This document shows, one piece after another, positions 34,644-46,567 of a stretch of DNA of 64,000 bases. The translations under genes were made by a program, and so were the position numbers. Positions within the stretch are counted from its first letter, which is position 1. The number at the start of each line of letters is the position of its first letter. A model generated the notes under the pieces. The model was not told the origin of the DNA and did no database searches. It saw only the letters and a program-made list of their open reading frames with translations. This DNA is from TPA_inf: Saccharomyces (Eukaryota). The stretch covers positions 96,001-160,000 of the forward strand of contig BK006943.2 of assembly GCA_000146045.2 (NCBI GenBank). The letters are read 5' to 3'.

Positions 34644-35100
34644 GTTTCTTGTCTTACTTGATTCGGTTTTTGAGCCCCCTTTCCTTTATTTCTTAACAAA
34701 CTTGCTTGGTGAATTTAAGAGCGAAGGGAAAGCAAAGATTATATATTAAATTCGTATCCACTGGCCAAAATGATACTTTACCTGATGTAAATGTATGATA
34801 AGCTATAGCTCTCTTAGTGGCGCTTTACATGTAGATGTAAGTTAGGGATAAGAATAGATTTGTGAGCGCATTGGCGCGACCCATTTTTTTAACACAGAAA
34901 AAAAGTAAAAAATAGAAATTACCCAATTAAGTGTTTTTATAGTAAACAATCCTTGATATCTTAGTTGAAAATAAACTCGAATTATGTACAAGTTTCCTTC
35001 CACTTAATCTATGATCCTTCTTTAGGTAAATTTTTATTAGCTTTATTTGTGTAGTTTTTTTTTATCTTGGGCATGTACGAAGAGCAAGTACGTTATTTAA

Positions 35101-37935
35101 CTATACATATATGACTTTGAAACGATCGTCAACTTCTCTTTGACTTTCAATGTACTCACAAGTGCGTCGAAAATGGTGGATTGGGATATACTTCAGTTGG
35201 TGCAGTAATTTACTACCTGAAGCAGTTGCTACGACTCCGCGTATTAGCGTGGAAGATCCGTTCAGAGTATTTAATTGAATATACGTACCATCCGATCCTA
35301 TGGCAACATTTGATTCCTTATCTGTGATTACAGAGCCATCGTCAGCATTACTGCTTGCCTTCACATTATTTTCTCCGGTGATGTGCAAATCACTGATTGA
35401 GTTGGTAATCATAGAGGCACTGTTATCTTCTAGTTTTAGCGATTTTAAGTTTGTTTTGATTAGTTCGATCAGACCATTGATGTATTTTATCGATATATGA
35501 GTTTCGGACTCATCCCCGTGAATAAAATAGTAGAGGCATCTATTTAATATTTCGACCATTAGCTCACAACTCTGTTCGTTATCCATTATAGAATCCGCCA
35601 CACGGAGAGACCTTTGTAGACATTCTAACACCCGTTTACCATCTCTGTAGAAGTTGTCTGTGATACCTTCTTCCTCACCAATATTTGAAATTTCCGTTGC
35701 CCACCAGAGGTGGGAGCATAAATAAACAGCACGACATTGGTCTTGTTTCTTTAATAATTTGGATCCATGGAGTGTGCATCTGACAATCAAAGAATCATAA
35801 TAAGCTTCTTTGTAGAGTGATCTTGTCTTTTGTAAAGACTGAGCAATATATATTAAAGCCTGTAACTGAGTCTTTGAATCACTTAGAGACTCTTCAAATA
35901 TTGTGAAGGCCTGTGAGAAAAAATCATATGAAATTTCGTTTAATTGCAATTGATCAGCTAGAATGGCACATTGTAAATTCAGTTTCAGAATCAGATCTGT
36001 GCATGAGTTGTTGCAAGAATTAAAGATATCATTGATACAACGAGAAACAAATTTAAACATTTGCTTTAAAAGATTGGAATAATGGGAAAGTAACGTCTTG
36101 TTATCGGGTCTTTTTTTCAAAAGGTACTCTTGTATCATACGGCATTTCCTCATCAGTTTCCAAAAATTTGTGATTATTGCTGGAAAAGTGTATTTAACAT
36201 TGATGCCACCTTTAATGAACGAAGATTTAATAAGAAGTAATATTTCCAATTGGGCTTCTAAGCTAAATTGAATTTTGTTTTTCATTGTTTGTTTCCGAGA
36301 AGTAGTGTTCATTATCCAATGAATCAAATGTGCCAACTTTTCCTGTATTGGGTCCAGTATCCAGGATTCTTCTTCATCATGTCGATTAAAAAACACTTCG
36401 TCTACATTTGTATCCGAGGATGCAACATTTGCGGGCGGTCCGCTTCTTGATATTATTAAGGGCTCACAGATTGAAAGCAGGCGCTGAACTTGGAGTTTGT
36501 CCTCAATAACTAAATAAGCGGAATGCCCTGGAGGATGCAGTTTCGATTCTGAATCATTATCGGCCATTTCTTCCACTTCTCTATCCATTAAGATGTCAAT
36601 AATTTCATTGACAACTTTTTTTTGTAGACTAATGCTCTGCAAAGCCAGGATGTTTTTGTAAGCCTGGCACTGGGAGATTAATTGAAAGATAAAATGCTTT
36701 TTCGAAGTAACTGGTGAGTTTGGTGGCGCAGTGGTCGATGAGGTTAGCTGAAGTTTACTATTCTGGAAAGATAACAGAACCAAAAATAAATGCTCGGACT
36801 CTAAAGAAATATTTTTCTGACCATAATCCTTAGTTTTTTGTAAGACTAATTCAAAGAGTTTGTTCAAATTATCAAAATTATTAGGATACCATTTCAAACT
36901 TAAAACAATCACACTCTCAACTAGAGGAATAAACTGTTGTAATGATAGATCTGGTCTTTCATGATTCAATACGGTCAAATAGTCCCAGAACGTACCAAAC
37001 ACGTCCATATCTAAATAAGCATTCGTGGAGGTGGCGTTTGGATCGTCCTCCAACTGTCTTGTAACATAATCGTTTAATCGATCGACCAAAGTGAGAACAA
37101 TCTTGTTTATCGAAACATCAGGGTTCAAATGCAAAGTAGTTTGCAGTAAAGTATCCAAGGTTTTCAAATGGAACTCGTCTGCGAACACTTGGCAGATGAC
37201 GTCCAAAAGATATTCTTGGGATACTAAATCTCTACATTGTATGACTTGTTCCAAAATGGTGGGAAGAATATCTTGCTTATACATTTGGAAATTATCATCA
37301 ATAATCTGCGAAAGACGTACTAGTTGAGACCCCACTAAAATTTGCAGCTCTTTTCTTTCACGTGTTCTGGTTTCCCTCTCACGAAGTGGCCCCTGGTGTT
37401 GTAATCTCACCCACAACTTGTTCATCTCGATGAAATTATTCATAATAAATTGAGAGTTAAACGACGGATCGTCCTCCGGAAGTAATTCTTTGGTTCTCTG
37501 GGATAAATAATAGCGTAAAAACAAACCTCTTATTGGGTTTTGCACACCACGACACATCTCAATCATATCCTTTAAGATTTCCTTCTTGGGCGCTTCATTG
37601 AAAGTGAGATAGCTGGTCCCAACTGTGATCATCAAGTAAAGCCTGGGTACCACGTTACCGGTATATTGAACCAACTCATAAAGATCAGCTAAGTGGTGAT
37701 TTTGAGGATGGTTTTCTATGAGGTACGTAGATAGATTAGTCAATGAGTCGAAAATAATGACATAAAGTTCGTAGTATTTCTTCGGCGATAAGTTTGGATT
37801 TCTCAATTCGGTCAACATTATGGAAGTATGCTGTAATGATTCCATTAGTTTGTGTTGAGATAGACACCGGTTCATTAGTGCGGTTCGCTGCTTGATAACA
37901 GCGATCGCATTTTCTGGTGAGTCCGCATACGCCAT
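35101..37935 (-). CDS. VPS35: Retromer subunit
   Basis: Trimmed to [16 protein letters not shown]... (944 aa); the conserved Vps35 N-terminal PRLYL motif is present. Confidence 0.88.
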
Positions 37936-38331
37936 TGTGTTTTTCAGCTTCTTCTTTCTCGTCCTCCTCCTTTTATCGTTATATATTAACTTCACTGGGC
38001 CTTGTTGAGTGGTCGCACATACACCACCTTCTTTTTTTTTTTCTCTCTTTTCTTCTCTTTACTGAGGTGGCCCTTGAATAAATACAGCACTTTCTCGCAT
38101 CTACCTCAACTGAAAAAAAAAAAAAAAAATAAAAAACGCCCCTTTAAGACGAAGTGACAAAGAGGCAATAGTTCAAAAGAAAAAAAAAAAATATAAAGAC
38201 TGTTGATAGTTGAATTTTTATAAACGTTATGTTAAGTATATGTATTGATGGAAGGGATAATAGGATAATGGTGAATGTCTTGTTTTTTTATAGGTAGGCG
38301 GAAAAAGAAAAAGAGAGTCGTTGAAATGAGA

Positions 38332-39933
38332 TTACAACAATCTCTCTTCGAATCTTAGTTCGTTTTGAGAAGGCAATCCAATCAACAATCTTAAAAAATT
38401 TTCTAAGGCGGTTCTTTGCTTGTTTAAGCCATTCACCGGGTGAAATCCTGGTCTTGTTAATGGAGCTTTTAACCAGTAACTCAAGAAGGTTAAAACTGGA
38501 TAAAAGTTCTCGAATTTGCCAGCATCTTCTTTAACTGGGTCCACCTTCTTATAGGACACTCTTGTACAAAACTCAGTCATGACTAAAAGATCGATGATCA
38601 AGGGCGTAGCCAGTAAAGAATCTTCGCAAACATTGTGAATGGAAATCCGGTTATGGCCACCTAACATCAACTCACTGTAATACTCGTCCATTGCCACTTT
38701 TGAGTCCCCGACGGGCTTCATATATTTGATGACAATGCAGTGGTCAACTTTTTTACCCAGTTTATCATTGTACAAGATATCATTAGACGCGATGATGTCA
38801 TCTATGACAGAACTTTTGGAAATCTCCTTAGACCTAAATTGTTTTGGAGCAGATAAGTTATAACCGTCATTATTGCCTAAATGGTTATAGGATGCAATGG
38901 AGACCGGTTTAATACCTGCATCCACTAAGAACTGGGCCAGAACAGACTTCAACTTGGTTTGTCCCGACTTGAGATCGTCTCCCGCAATGAATGTACCCTC
39001 ATGCTCAGCCAGCTGAACCAAGCCGGGAACAAAAGTATTCTGCGGTGAACCATTAATATAGGGGACACCTTCCAAGATAGATGCTGCTGCAAAGATCGTG
39101 GAAGGAGCAATCTCTTCATGGTCATTCTTAATAGACTGCAAGAGGTTTTCCATGGTGTCATTAACACCAGGAGATACTTCTACGTACCTCTCAGTATTTG
39201 CAGTCCAAAGAACGATTACTTTATCAAGGGCGTTTTCTTCTTTGAAATTCTGGATATCGCGTCTGATGCGTTGCAGATGGGTCCACTTACCCCTCGTGGT
39301 TACGTTGCCTTTTTCATCCAAATTGATGCAGTTATTGGCTCTCTCATCTTGATTAGCTGCAATGAAATCAGGGTAGTAAATGGAAGGAAGAGGCTTCACC
39401 AAGGACATCTTCGCCTTCAAGCGTTGTTGCAGATCATATTCGAGAACTTGACTTCTCTGCATAGCTTCGTATAGATCTGCGTTATTGATGTCCCAACCAG
39501 AGACGACAAAGTCGTTTGGGCTAACCATGGGCAACAGAGAGTTAAAAGGAGCATAAACGTCATTCCCCTCCGCATCGATACCCAGTTTCAAGGTAGAACA
39601 TTGAGTCATGGAGCCGAAGTAGTTTGGTTGCTTAACGCCTTCCTTAGTTTGAAACTCCACATTGTGCTTATTCGCCAATACCGAGGCCACTAAAGTGGAG
39701 CCATTGTTGCCACCTAACCCAATGAGCATAATTCCTAGTTTTTCCGGCTTTTTCAAGTCAAGTTTGAACACGTAGTCTTGAACAGTGGGCGTTACATCGA
39801 AGCGGCCACTAGCTGTCTTCGTAACTACAGCATTTTCGTAGCTGTACTTGGTGAGCAGCTCGTTGTCCTTGTACGTGCACTTGTCGGTAACTACTTTAAC
39901 GGAGGTGATTGGAGCAATATTATCTTCTGTCAT
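38332..39933 (-). CDS. INO1: Inositol-3-phosphate synthase
   Basis: Trimmed to [14 protein letters not shown]... (533 aa); an NAD-binding myo-inositol-1-phosphate synthase fold with highly conserved core motifs. Confidence 0.92.
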   Translation of the reverse strand: MTEDNIAPITSVKVVTDKCTYKDNELLTKYSYENAVVTKTASGRFDVTPTVQDYVFKLDLKKPEKLGIMLIGLGGNNGSTLVASVLANKHNVEFQTKEGVKQPNYFGSMTQCSTLKLGIDAEGNDVYAPFNSLLPMVSPNDFVVSGWDINNADLYEAMQRSQVLEYDLQQRLKAKMSLVKPLPSIYYPDFIAANQDERANNCINLDEKGNVTTRGKWTHLQRIRRDIQNFKEENALDKVIVLWTANTERYVEVSPGVNDTMENLLQSIKNDHEEIAPSTIFAAASILEGVPYINGSPQNTFVPGLVQLAEHEGTFIAGDDLKSGQTKLKSVLAQFLVDAGIKPVSIASYNHLGNNDGYNLSAPKQFRSKEISKSSVIDDIIASNDILYNDKLGKKVDHCIVIKYMKPVGDSKVAMDEYYSELMLGGHNRISIHNVCEDSLLATPLIIDLLVMTEFCTRVSYKKVDPVKEDAGKFENFYPVLTFLSYWLKAPLTRPGFHPVNGLNKQRTALENFLRLLIGLPSQNELRFEERLL

Positions 39934-40104
39934 TGTTACTTCTTTTTCACTGGAAAAAAAAGGGAATGAAACAGAATAAATCAAGGATAAAACTAACATT
40001 AGGAACCCGACAACAGAACAAGCCAAAAAAAGGTGACGAAAGCTCCAATTTATATACGTCTCAAATTAACATTGCCGCCAACGCAGAGGTGCGCTTTCTC
40101 TGCT

Positions 40105-40224
40105 CCATGTGAATTAAATAAGTTCAATATTCTGGGAAAGAAGGATGAAGATAAAATAGACAATACTTTTCACATGCCGCATTTAGCCGCCGAAGCGCAT
40201 ACTTGGCCTCCGCATATTTCACAT
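40105..40224. promoter_or_regulatory. INO1 upstream regulatory cluster: UASINO/ICRE cores plus URS1
   Basis: CATGTGAA at 40105-40112 and TTCACATG at 40168-40175 are the Ino2/Ino4 ICRE core in both orientations. A degenerate TTCACATT lies at 40217-40224. TAGCCGCCGA at 40183-40192 is a perfect URS1 (Ume6) element. All lie 170-290 bp upstream of the INO1 ATG. Confidence 0.8.
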
Positions 40225-40371
40225 TCAACACTTTCGATTCCGCATCCAACCCCGGAACACCGGCACGTATTTCATAAAAAGGACGTGAAGAACAAAAGGA
40301 ACGAAGAAAAAGGCAATAATTTACTCTATGTGTTATTTAGAACTACGGTGATAAAGAGCTCGTTCCGATCA

Positions 40372-40773
40372 CTAAGTACGGCCGGAAGAGAGCTGTTGTT
40401 TGTTGTCCATCAAGGGCACATCGGCACCGGCCTCATCGTCTTCATCATATGCTGGAGGCTGTGCTTGAGATTCCTCTGCAGGGTGAGCTTCCAGGTCACG
40501 GTCTACGGCGGGCGCAGTCGCATGTCTGCGTGAAAGATCGTACGAACGTTCACTACTCGTTTCATATACAACGTAGCAAGCGTGAATGATTGCTGGGAAG
40601 AATAACAGTAGGAAGAGAAGTAAGTTCAATAGTGTATCCCTGTTGAACATACCCTTACGCTTCCAGACGGCCACTGGGGGAATGAAAACCGCCAAAACCA
40701 TTAACAACAAGTCGTCCTTGTTGATGGAATAGCTCATTCGATGGTCATGGTCATTAATATGGTCTCTGTCCAT
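40372..40773 (-). CDS. SNA3: Small integral membrane protein sorted to MVBs (PMP3/UPF0057 family)
   Basis: 133 aa with two transmembrane segments and a PPAY motif in the C-terminal tail. Confidence 0.88.
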
Positions 40774-41378
40774 TTCTAAATTATATTTGGTTGTTTGCTT
40801 TCTGCTGGGTTTTTATTTTTTAACCTAGCCCCTTTCCTGCAGCTGGCTCATTCGTGCTGTACTCTCTTTCCTTTATATACTAGTGAGACCTTTTCCCCCG
40901 TTCCCAAAAAGAAAAAAAAAAAAAAAAAAAGAAAACGAGCCTTCATCACGTGCATTAAAGAAATAGTAATCCCAACGCACTCATCCGCTATATACATAGC
41001 GAAAAACTATATGCCCACTTCACAAATACGAGTTTGCATGTATAATATATAAGATTTATAAATGTTGTAGGGTGAATGTAAACGTTCAGTAATATACCGG
41101 TATATCTATCAAGATACGATCAATGCAACGCTTTACTGCACTGCACTACACCCCTTTTCCTCTACTTGTTTTTCTTAGTTCCTATTTCCCTCTCAAAATG
41201 CACCTGTTCACCAGAGTATTCTTTCTCATTGCAAGTATTACCCTACTTTATCGTCCCACACAAAGAGGAATATATATAGATTATAAGCGAATTGTAGATT
41301 TCGATGGAGATCTGATTTCCGTGCAAAATATCCAGGACGTCTATACACAGTGTTTACAACTCAGCTTATATTCATATC

Positions 41379-43370
41379 ATGCCATTTCAAGATTATTTTC
41401 AGAAGAAAAAAGCAGCGTTCATTAACAGAAACAATAAAAGTAACGCAGATGCTTCAGCGCTACGAGATATTAACGATATTAACATAAATTTCGCCGCCAA
41501 GAGCAAAAACTACGTGTTCCCGCTAACAAAGCTCCCCGATGAGCTCATGCAAGAAGTATTCTCTCATTTGCCGCAACCAGACCGCTTGCAGCTTTGCCTT
41601 GTGAACAAAAGGTTGAATAAGATCGCTACCAAACTGCTTTATAGAAGAATATATTTGAACGACTCAAATGTAGTGAAGAGTGACTTCATGCATCTCGCAA
41701 TTAATTGGACCCTACTGAACTTGCCGTCTTCGTTGAAAGAAGAGGAGTCCCGCGATATCGCCAACTGCAAATTGAAAAAACTTATAGAAACACTGCAAAA
41801 TAATATTCACATTACTGAAGTCATCCAGTGGATAAGGATCAACTGGGATTTGGACTCTACCTTGCAAAGGTCCATTCTCAGCATCCTTTGCAATCAGGGC
41901 AAGTCCTTGCAAAGACTAGAAAACGTCACTGACCCGGCTTGTAACGATATCATCTCCAATGGTCACTTTTCCAGGAGCAACGTCTCAAGTTTCGACATGG
42001 CTCCTCCAAATTCATTGCCTGAGATGGTTGTTCCCGAAAATTACATTCCGAATCTCACCAAATATCTTTCACAGCGTATCTCTTCTCGGCTTTCTCATAT
42101 GACTTTATTCATCGACCCTTTAAAACTGTTCAATTATCTTTACCCTTTAGATATCAAGTTACAAATCATCGATTTAAAATTGCATTGGAGGAGGGAGTTT
42201 TACAATAATGATTATTTTGTTAAAAAGATACGACCCGGCAATCCTCTGACTAAACTATCGGAGGTTTTTGACAAGAGGACATTGAAAATTCTTACCATCA
42301 TTTCTTGGAATGACACTTTGTTAAAACGCGAGACAGAAATGCTGAAAGATTTTAAAGAATTTGAGAACCTGGAAGATTTGTCTTTGATTTCTATTAAGCA
42401 GGATGTTCATATCCTCGTAGATCTTTTTAGTTCGTTAACCAATTTGAAAAGACTAAAAATGGATTTCTTAGAGGAGTATGTACCTGAACCCACAAATCCT
42501 CACATATTTCTCTCCATTCTTTTAGCTTGCTCCAAATTGCAATTCATAGATCTGAGATACGACGGTCTTATCCCACAAATCATCAATATTCAAGAAAATA
42601 AGTTCCAACTAAATCAGCAATGCAACTGCACAAACTGTCAAATAGTATTCAGTGACATTCTGAAGGGCAAAATATTCATGTTCCCTGAAGACTACTATAT
42701 TCACGATCTTCAAGACATTGCTGCAAAGGATATTTTTAAAATGATGAAATACCTATCTTTGTTACCATACTCTAAAGCTTGTGATGCTTATCCGAGCGTT
42801 AGAACACAACCAATGAATTTGACTAATTTTGTGACCAAGATGAACCGCAACCTTTTGGAATATAGAAATTCTAAATCCCAGTTGGTGCCCAAAATCGTTA
42901 ATAACCCACATCAACACTCCACCGTGACTTCCACATCAACCGCTCATATGAGCGAGCCCGAAATGATAATAATCGATGACGATGATGATGATGATGAAAT
43001 TAATGCGGCCATTCCTCCAAGTAGTGATGACACAGCAGCTACAATTTCCACTGACCTGGAACTTCCTCATGAATCATTGACCAAAAGAGATATTATTATG
43101 TGTTATCACGCTCTTATCCATCACTTCAAGTCGATTTACGTTACTTTTTTGAAAAGTTTTCCTCATTTGAGATTCTTGATGTTGAATGACATTCCCACAA
43201 TAGTTATGGAGGAGAATAATGAACGTATTTTTGAACCCGTCTTTTATCATTATGATTATAAGAGTAATCTGTATGGATGGTCAAAGGAATCGAACAAGAA
43301 TCTGGAGAACGACAGCAACAACAACAATAATAATTCTGATACCATTGCAAGAATAGCCACTGTTATGTAA
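41379..43370 (+). CDS. DAS1: F-box protein, putative SCF subunit
   Basis: 663 aa with an N-terminal F-box (LPDELMQEVFSHLP), leucine-rich repeats and a D-rich acidic tract; fits YJL149W. Confidence 0.8.
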   Translation: MPFQDYFQKKKAAFINRNNKSNADASALRDINDININFAAKSKNYVFPLTKLPDELMQEVFSHLPQPDRLQLCLVNKRLNKIATKLLYRRIYLNDSNVVKSDFMHLAINWTLLNLPSSLKEEESRDIANCKLKKLIETLQNNIHITEVIQWIRINWDLDSTLQRSILSILCNQGKSLQRLENVTDPACNDIISNGHFSRSNVSSFDMAPPNSLPEMVVPENYIPNLTKYLSQRISSRLSHMTLFIDPLKLFNYLYPLDIKLQIIDLKLHWRREFYNNDYFVKKIRPGNPLTKLSEVFDKRTLKILTIISWNDTLLKRETEMLKDFKEFENLEDLSLISIKQDVHILVDLFSSLTNLKRLKMDFLEEYVPEPTNPHIFLSILLACSKLQFIDLRYDGLIPQIINIQENKFQLNQQCNCTNCQIVFSDILKGKIFMFPEDYYIHDLQDIAAKDIFKMMKYLSLLPYSKACDAYPSVRTQPMNLTNFVTKMNRNLLEYRNSKSQLVPKIVNNPHQHSTVTSTSTAHMSEPEMIIIDDDDDDDEINAAIPPSSDDTAATISTDLELPHESLTKRDIIMCYHALIHHFKSIYVTFLKSFPHLRFLMLNDIPTIVMEENNERIFEPVFYHYDYKSNLYGWSKESNKNLENDSNNNNNNSDTIARIATVM

Positions 43371-43565
43371 TCAACTCCCCTTCAAATATATATATTTAAT
43401 AATATATATTCAACGCATTTTTTAAGCTAGCAGGATTCAGATTACTGGTCTACTTCATATTAAGGAAATACAAGATCCATTCGGATGCTAGAAAAAAATC
43501 AACCAACTATTCCAATGTTGGTAAGCTGGTTTGATAAAGTAAACACAAGATACTACAGTATACGA

Positions 43566-43691
43566 TCACTCAGACATCCTAGGAAGGTCTCTAAAGAAGA
43601 GCGGTCACCGAGAGTACTAACGATGGGTTCGTAAGCGTACTCCTACCGTGGAAACTGCGAATGTTAAGGAACCAGTCTTTCATCACCGTGA
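43566..43691 (-). ncRNA. SNR128: Box C/D snoRNA U14 (snR128)
   Basis: The reverse complement reads TCACGGTGATGAAAGACTGGTTCCTTAACATTCGCAGTTTCCACGG...GGATGTCTGAGTGA. It has a C box TGATGA, a D box CTGA and a TCAC/GTGA terminal stem, and matches yeast U14. Confidence 0.9.
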
Positions 43692-43760
43692 TCATAAATT
43701 ATATATATTATCTGTCTCCTCAAATTACCCACATTTGATAATCTCATGAGAAAAAATAAA

Positions 43761-43950
43761 GGCTCAGATCTGCATGTGTTGTATAACACTGGCAAGAAAA
43801 GTTCCCGTTTGCAAACACAAATGATTAAAAAAAAATGTCACAGAAGCAACATCTTTTCAAAATCATTCGCATTAAGAGAACGAGATAAAATCCCTTGTCG
43901 TCATGGTCGAATCGGACGAGGAAAGAAGAGACACCATTATCATCAGGGCC
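43761..43950 (-). ncRNA. SNR190: Box C/D snoRNA snR190 (5' member of the snR190-U14 dicistronic precursor)
   Basis: The reverse complement starts GGCCCTGATGATAATGG (C box) and ends GCAGATCTGAGCC (D box with a GGC/GCC terminal stem). It is about 190 nt long and lies 70 nt upstream of U14 on the same strand. Confidence 0.8.
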
Positions 43951-44436
43951 AATCAATTCTTCTTTTCTGTTTAAAAAAGTGTCATGAAATTTCTCTTGAG
44001 ATTATTCAAACTTGAATGTATCAAATGGGAAGGAGTGCAATGCTGAAGTCGAAAGAGGAGGATTACTCTCATTCTTACTACATTACAGTCACTGCTGTTT
44101 GTTCTTATGTAGGGGAATTCTTATTAACCGAATGTCGAGATTATTATAACCTTACAGAAGGTTGTCCAGTATTTATACATTTTGTTTCTGCCCATAAAGC
44201 TCTAGAAAATGAAAAAAAATTTTCTTTTCAGCCTGAGAAAGTTTTTTCTTAGGGCAGCGTGTGGTTATTGGGTGTTGCGAAACTTTTTTTCTCAAACATG
44301 AAATTAAAGAAATGAAAAATTTTATCGATGAGCATTGAATAGCTCAAGTTATAGGGTATTCGGTATCATATAGGTCTGTGATCGAGTGAGCAGTGAGCAG
44401 CTAGGATTCAATAAACGGGATTAACAAAAAATTGAT

Positions 44437-45138
44437 ATGTCCAAGCTTTCGAAAGATTACGTATCAGATTCAGACTCTGATGATGAAGTGATATCAAACG
44501 AGTTCAGCATACCAGATGGTTTCAAGAAATGTAAACATTTAAAGAATTTCCCTCTCAACGGTGATAACAAAAAAAAAGCGAAACAGCAACAGGTTTGGCT
44601 GATCAAATTCCCATCAAATGTGGACATCTCCAAGTTAAAATCTCTGCCTGTAGATTTTGAATCCTCTACAACCATGACAATTGATAAACACGATTATAAA
44701 ATCATGGACGATACAGATATTGAGTCCTCGTTAACACAGGATAACCTCAGTAATATGACTTTATTGGTTCCTTCGGAAAGTAAGGAAAGTCTTAAAATTG
44801 CTAGCACTGCCAAGGATAATGCACCATTACAGTTTGACAAGGTATTTTCTGTCAGCGAAACCGCTAAAATCCCAGCTATTGATTACAGTAAGGTAAGAGT
44901 TCCACGTAAAGATGTTCCAAAAGTAGAAGGCTTGAAGTTGGAGCATTTTGCTACTGGTTATGATGCCGAAGATTTCCATGTGGCTGAGGAAGTTAAAGAA
45001 AATAAGAAAGAACCAAAGAAGCGTTCACATCACGACGATGAAGAGGAGTCTAGTGAAAAGAAGAAAAAGAAGAAGGAGAAGAGGGAGAAGAGGGAGAAGA
45101 AGGATAAAAAGGATAAGAAAAAGAAACATAGAGATTGA
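44437..45138 (+). CDS. RPA34: RNA polymerase I subunit A34.5
   Basis: 233 aa; the translation MSKLSKDYVSDSDSDDEV... has a K/E-rich C-terminal tail. Confidence 0.9.
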   Translation: MSKLSKDYVSDSDSDDEVISNEFSIPDGFKKCKHLKNFPLNGDNKKKAKQQQVWLIKFPSNVDISKLKSLPVDFESSTTMTIDKHDYKIMDDTDIESSLTQDNLSNMTLLVPSESKESLKIASTAKDNAPLQFDKVFSVSETAKIPAIDYSKVRVPRKDVPKVEGLKLEHFATGYDAEDFHVAEEVKENKKEPKKRSHHDDEEESSEKKKKKKEKREKREKKDKKDKKKKHRD

Positions 45139-45418
45139 ATGCGTATGTGCGTATAACTGTGTGTAACATAAGATAAAAATGTGCATTTGTGTGTGTGTCA
45201 GTGATTTTTTTTCGCATTTACATATATAAAAAGGCATTTCTGCTGGTGGAAACTGATGAATGTTTTGTGTGGGCAATATTACTATTTAGTTTTGCATACT
45301 TAAATTTGTGTATACGATTAGAAATTTCAATATTTCGGGTGTAACACAAACGATTATTTTTTTCTTGATTTAGAGTCGCCATATGAATATTATTAACCTG
45401 CTTTTTCTGTGTTCTCTC

Positions 45419-46567
45419 TTATATGAGGTTCAATGGTAAGTGTGTTTTTAACTCGTGTTCTTCTTCATTAATCATCTTTAATACACTTCCAAGGTTGACC
45501 TGTAAATCTTCAAAGATTAGTTTATCCTGGCACGTCCGATGGATACTCCGTATAGAAATATCTAAGGATCTAATAAATTTGTATTGGTCCATTATTGGTG
45601 TGGACGGTTTCTTCGGTGACTCCAGCATTATTTTGCTTTGTATACTCAATTTTACGATATCAATTAACCATTTTTTGACCAATTTTGGTTCCTCTTCAAC
45701 GCATTTCGAAATAGCCCTTAAAATACGAACAAGCAGGATTTGATTTTGGGTGAAAGAGAAACCATCATCTTTATTGTGGTTCAGGACCGTTAAATCAGGC
45801 AATATATGTGACTTTTCATACAAAGATTGATAAATTAAAATCAAATCGTTATTCCTCCAATTTGCGCCTAAAAGCTTAATGTAATGAATTATATTTTGAC
45901 GAATATTATCTTCAGATACGTTAGAAGTTAGACATCTCCACAAAAGACGTCGCAGAGGAAACGGTAGATCACTGTAATCGGACAACCAACGAGGCTCGTA
46001 GTCTTTTCTTATTTGCACATCGTGCGTTCTATAATACAACAGGATGGATATCACTACTCTTTGGTATTCGTCAAACAAGGCTCTGTGCTCCCATACTTTA
46101 TCGAATTTGTTGAACTTTTTTGAGAGCAAAATTTCTGTTATTTGACGCACATTAGTTAACTTGCCCACATACTGCAAAAGCAGCAGCCTATCATATAGAT
46201 CCTCGGACGATGAACCTTGTAGTTCCTTCGAAGAAGAACTTTTGTTATCCGTTGCCTGGGTAACTATTGAGTTCAAATGTGAGAAAAGCACATCGTAATG
46301 AACAGCTACTTTTTGTTTCTTGGACTCTACTTCCGGTAGATTTGAATTCAGTATTCTCAGGATGTTCTCTATATGGTGATTTTGAAGATTATTTTCTTTA
46401 GTGCGTGAACGATTCAATAAGGAACCTTGTTCATTAACTTCAGAAGATTCAAACAAAGGCCCCAACAACTTCACTGGACCTTTGGTCAAGTATTTTAGAG
46501 TTGATTTCAGCTCATCATCTTTCGACTTCAATAGTCGGGTTGCTAACTGAGAAAAAGTCCTCCTCAT
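45419..46567 (-). CDS. MRX5: Mitochondrial protein of unknown function
   Basis: Trimmed to MRRTFSQLATRLLK... (382 aa, a mitochondrial-presequence-like N-terminus); position fits YJL147C. Confidence 0.7.
   Translation of the reverse strand: MRRTFSQLATRLLKSKDDELKSTLKYLTKGPVKLLGPLFESSEVNEQGSLLNRSRTKENNLQNHHIENILRILNSNLPEVESKKQKVAVHYDVLFSHLNSIVTQATDNKSSSSKELQGSSSEDLYDRLLLLQYVGKLTNVRQITEILLSKKFNKFDKVWEHRALFDEYQRVVISILLYYRTHDVQIRKDYEPRWLSDYSDLPFPLRRLLWRCLTSNVSEDNIRQNIIHYIKLLGANWRNNDLILIYQSLYEKSHILPDLTVLNHNKDDGFSFTQNQILLVRILRAISKCVEEEPKLVKKWLIDIVKLSIQSKIMLESPKKPSTPIMDQYKFIRSLDISIRSIHRTCQDKLIFEDLQVNLGSVLKMINEEEHELKTHLPLNLI

Noticed and set aside
43746-44252. Two plus-strand ORFs (89 and 78 aa) overlapping or abutting snR190 and its upstream region
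   Set aside because: The first (43746-44015) spans the snR190 gene itself and the second (44016-44252) lies in its promoter region. Their translations are basic and low-complexity, and they are most likely artefacts.
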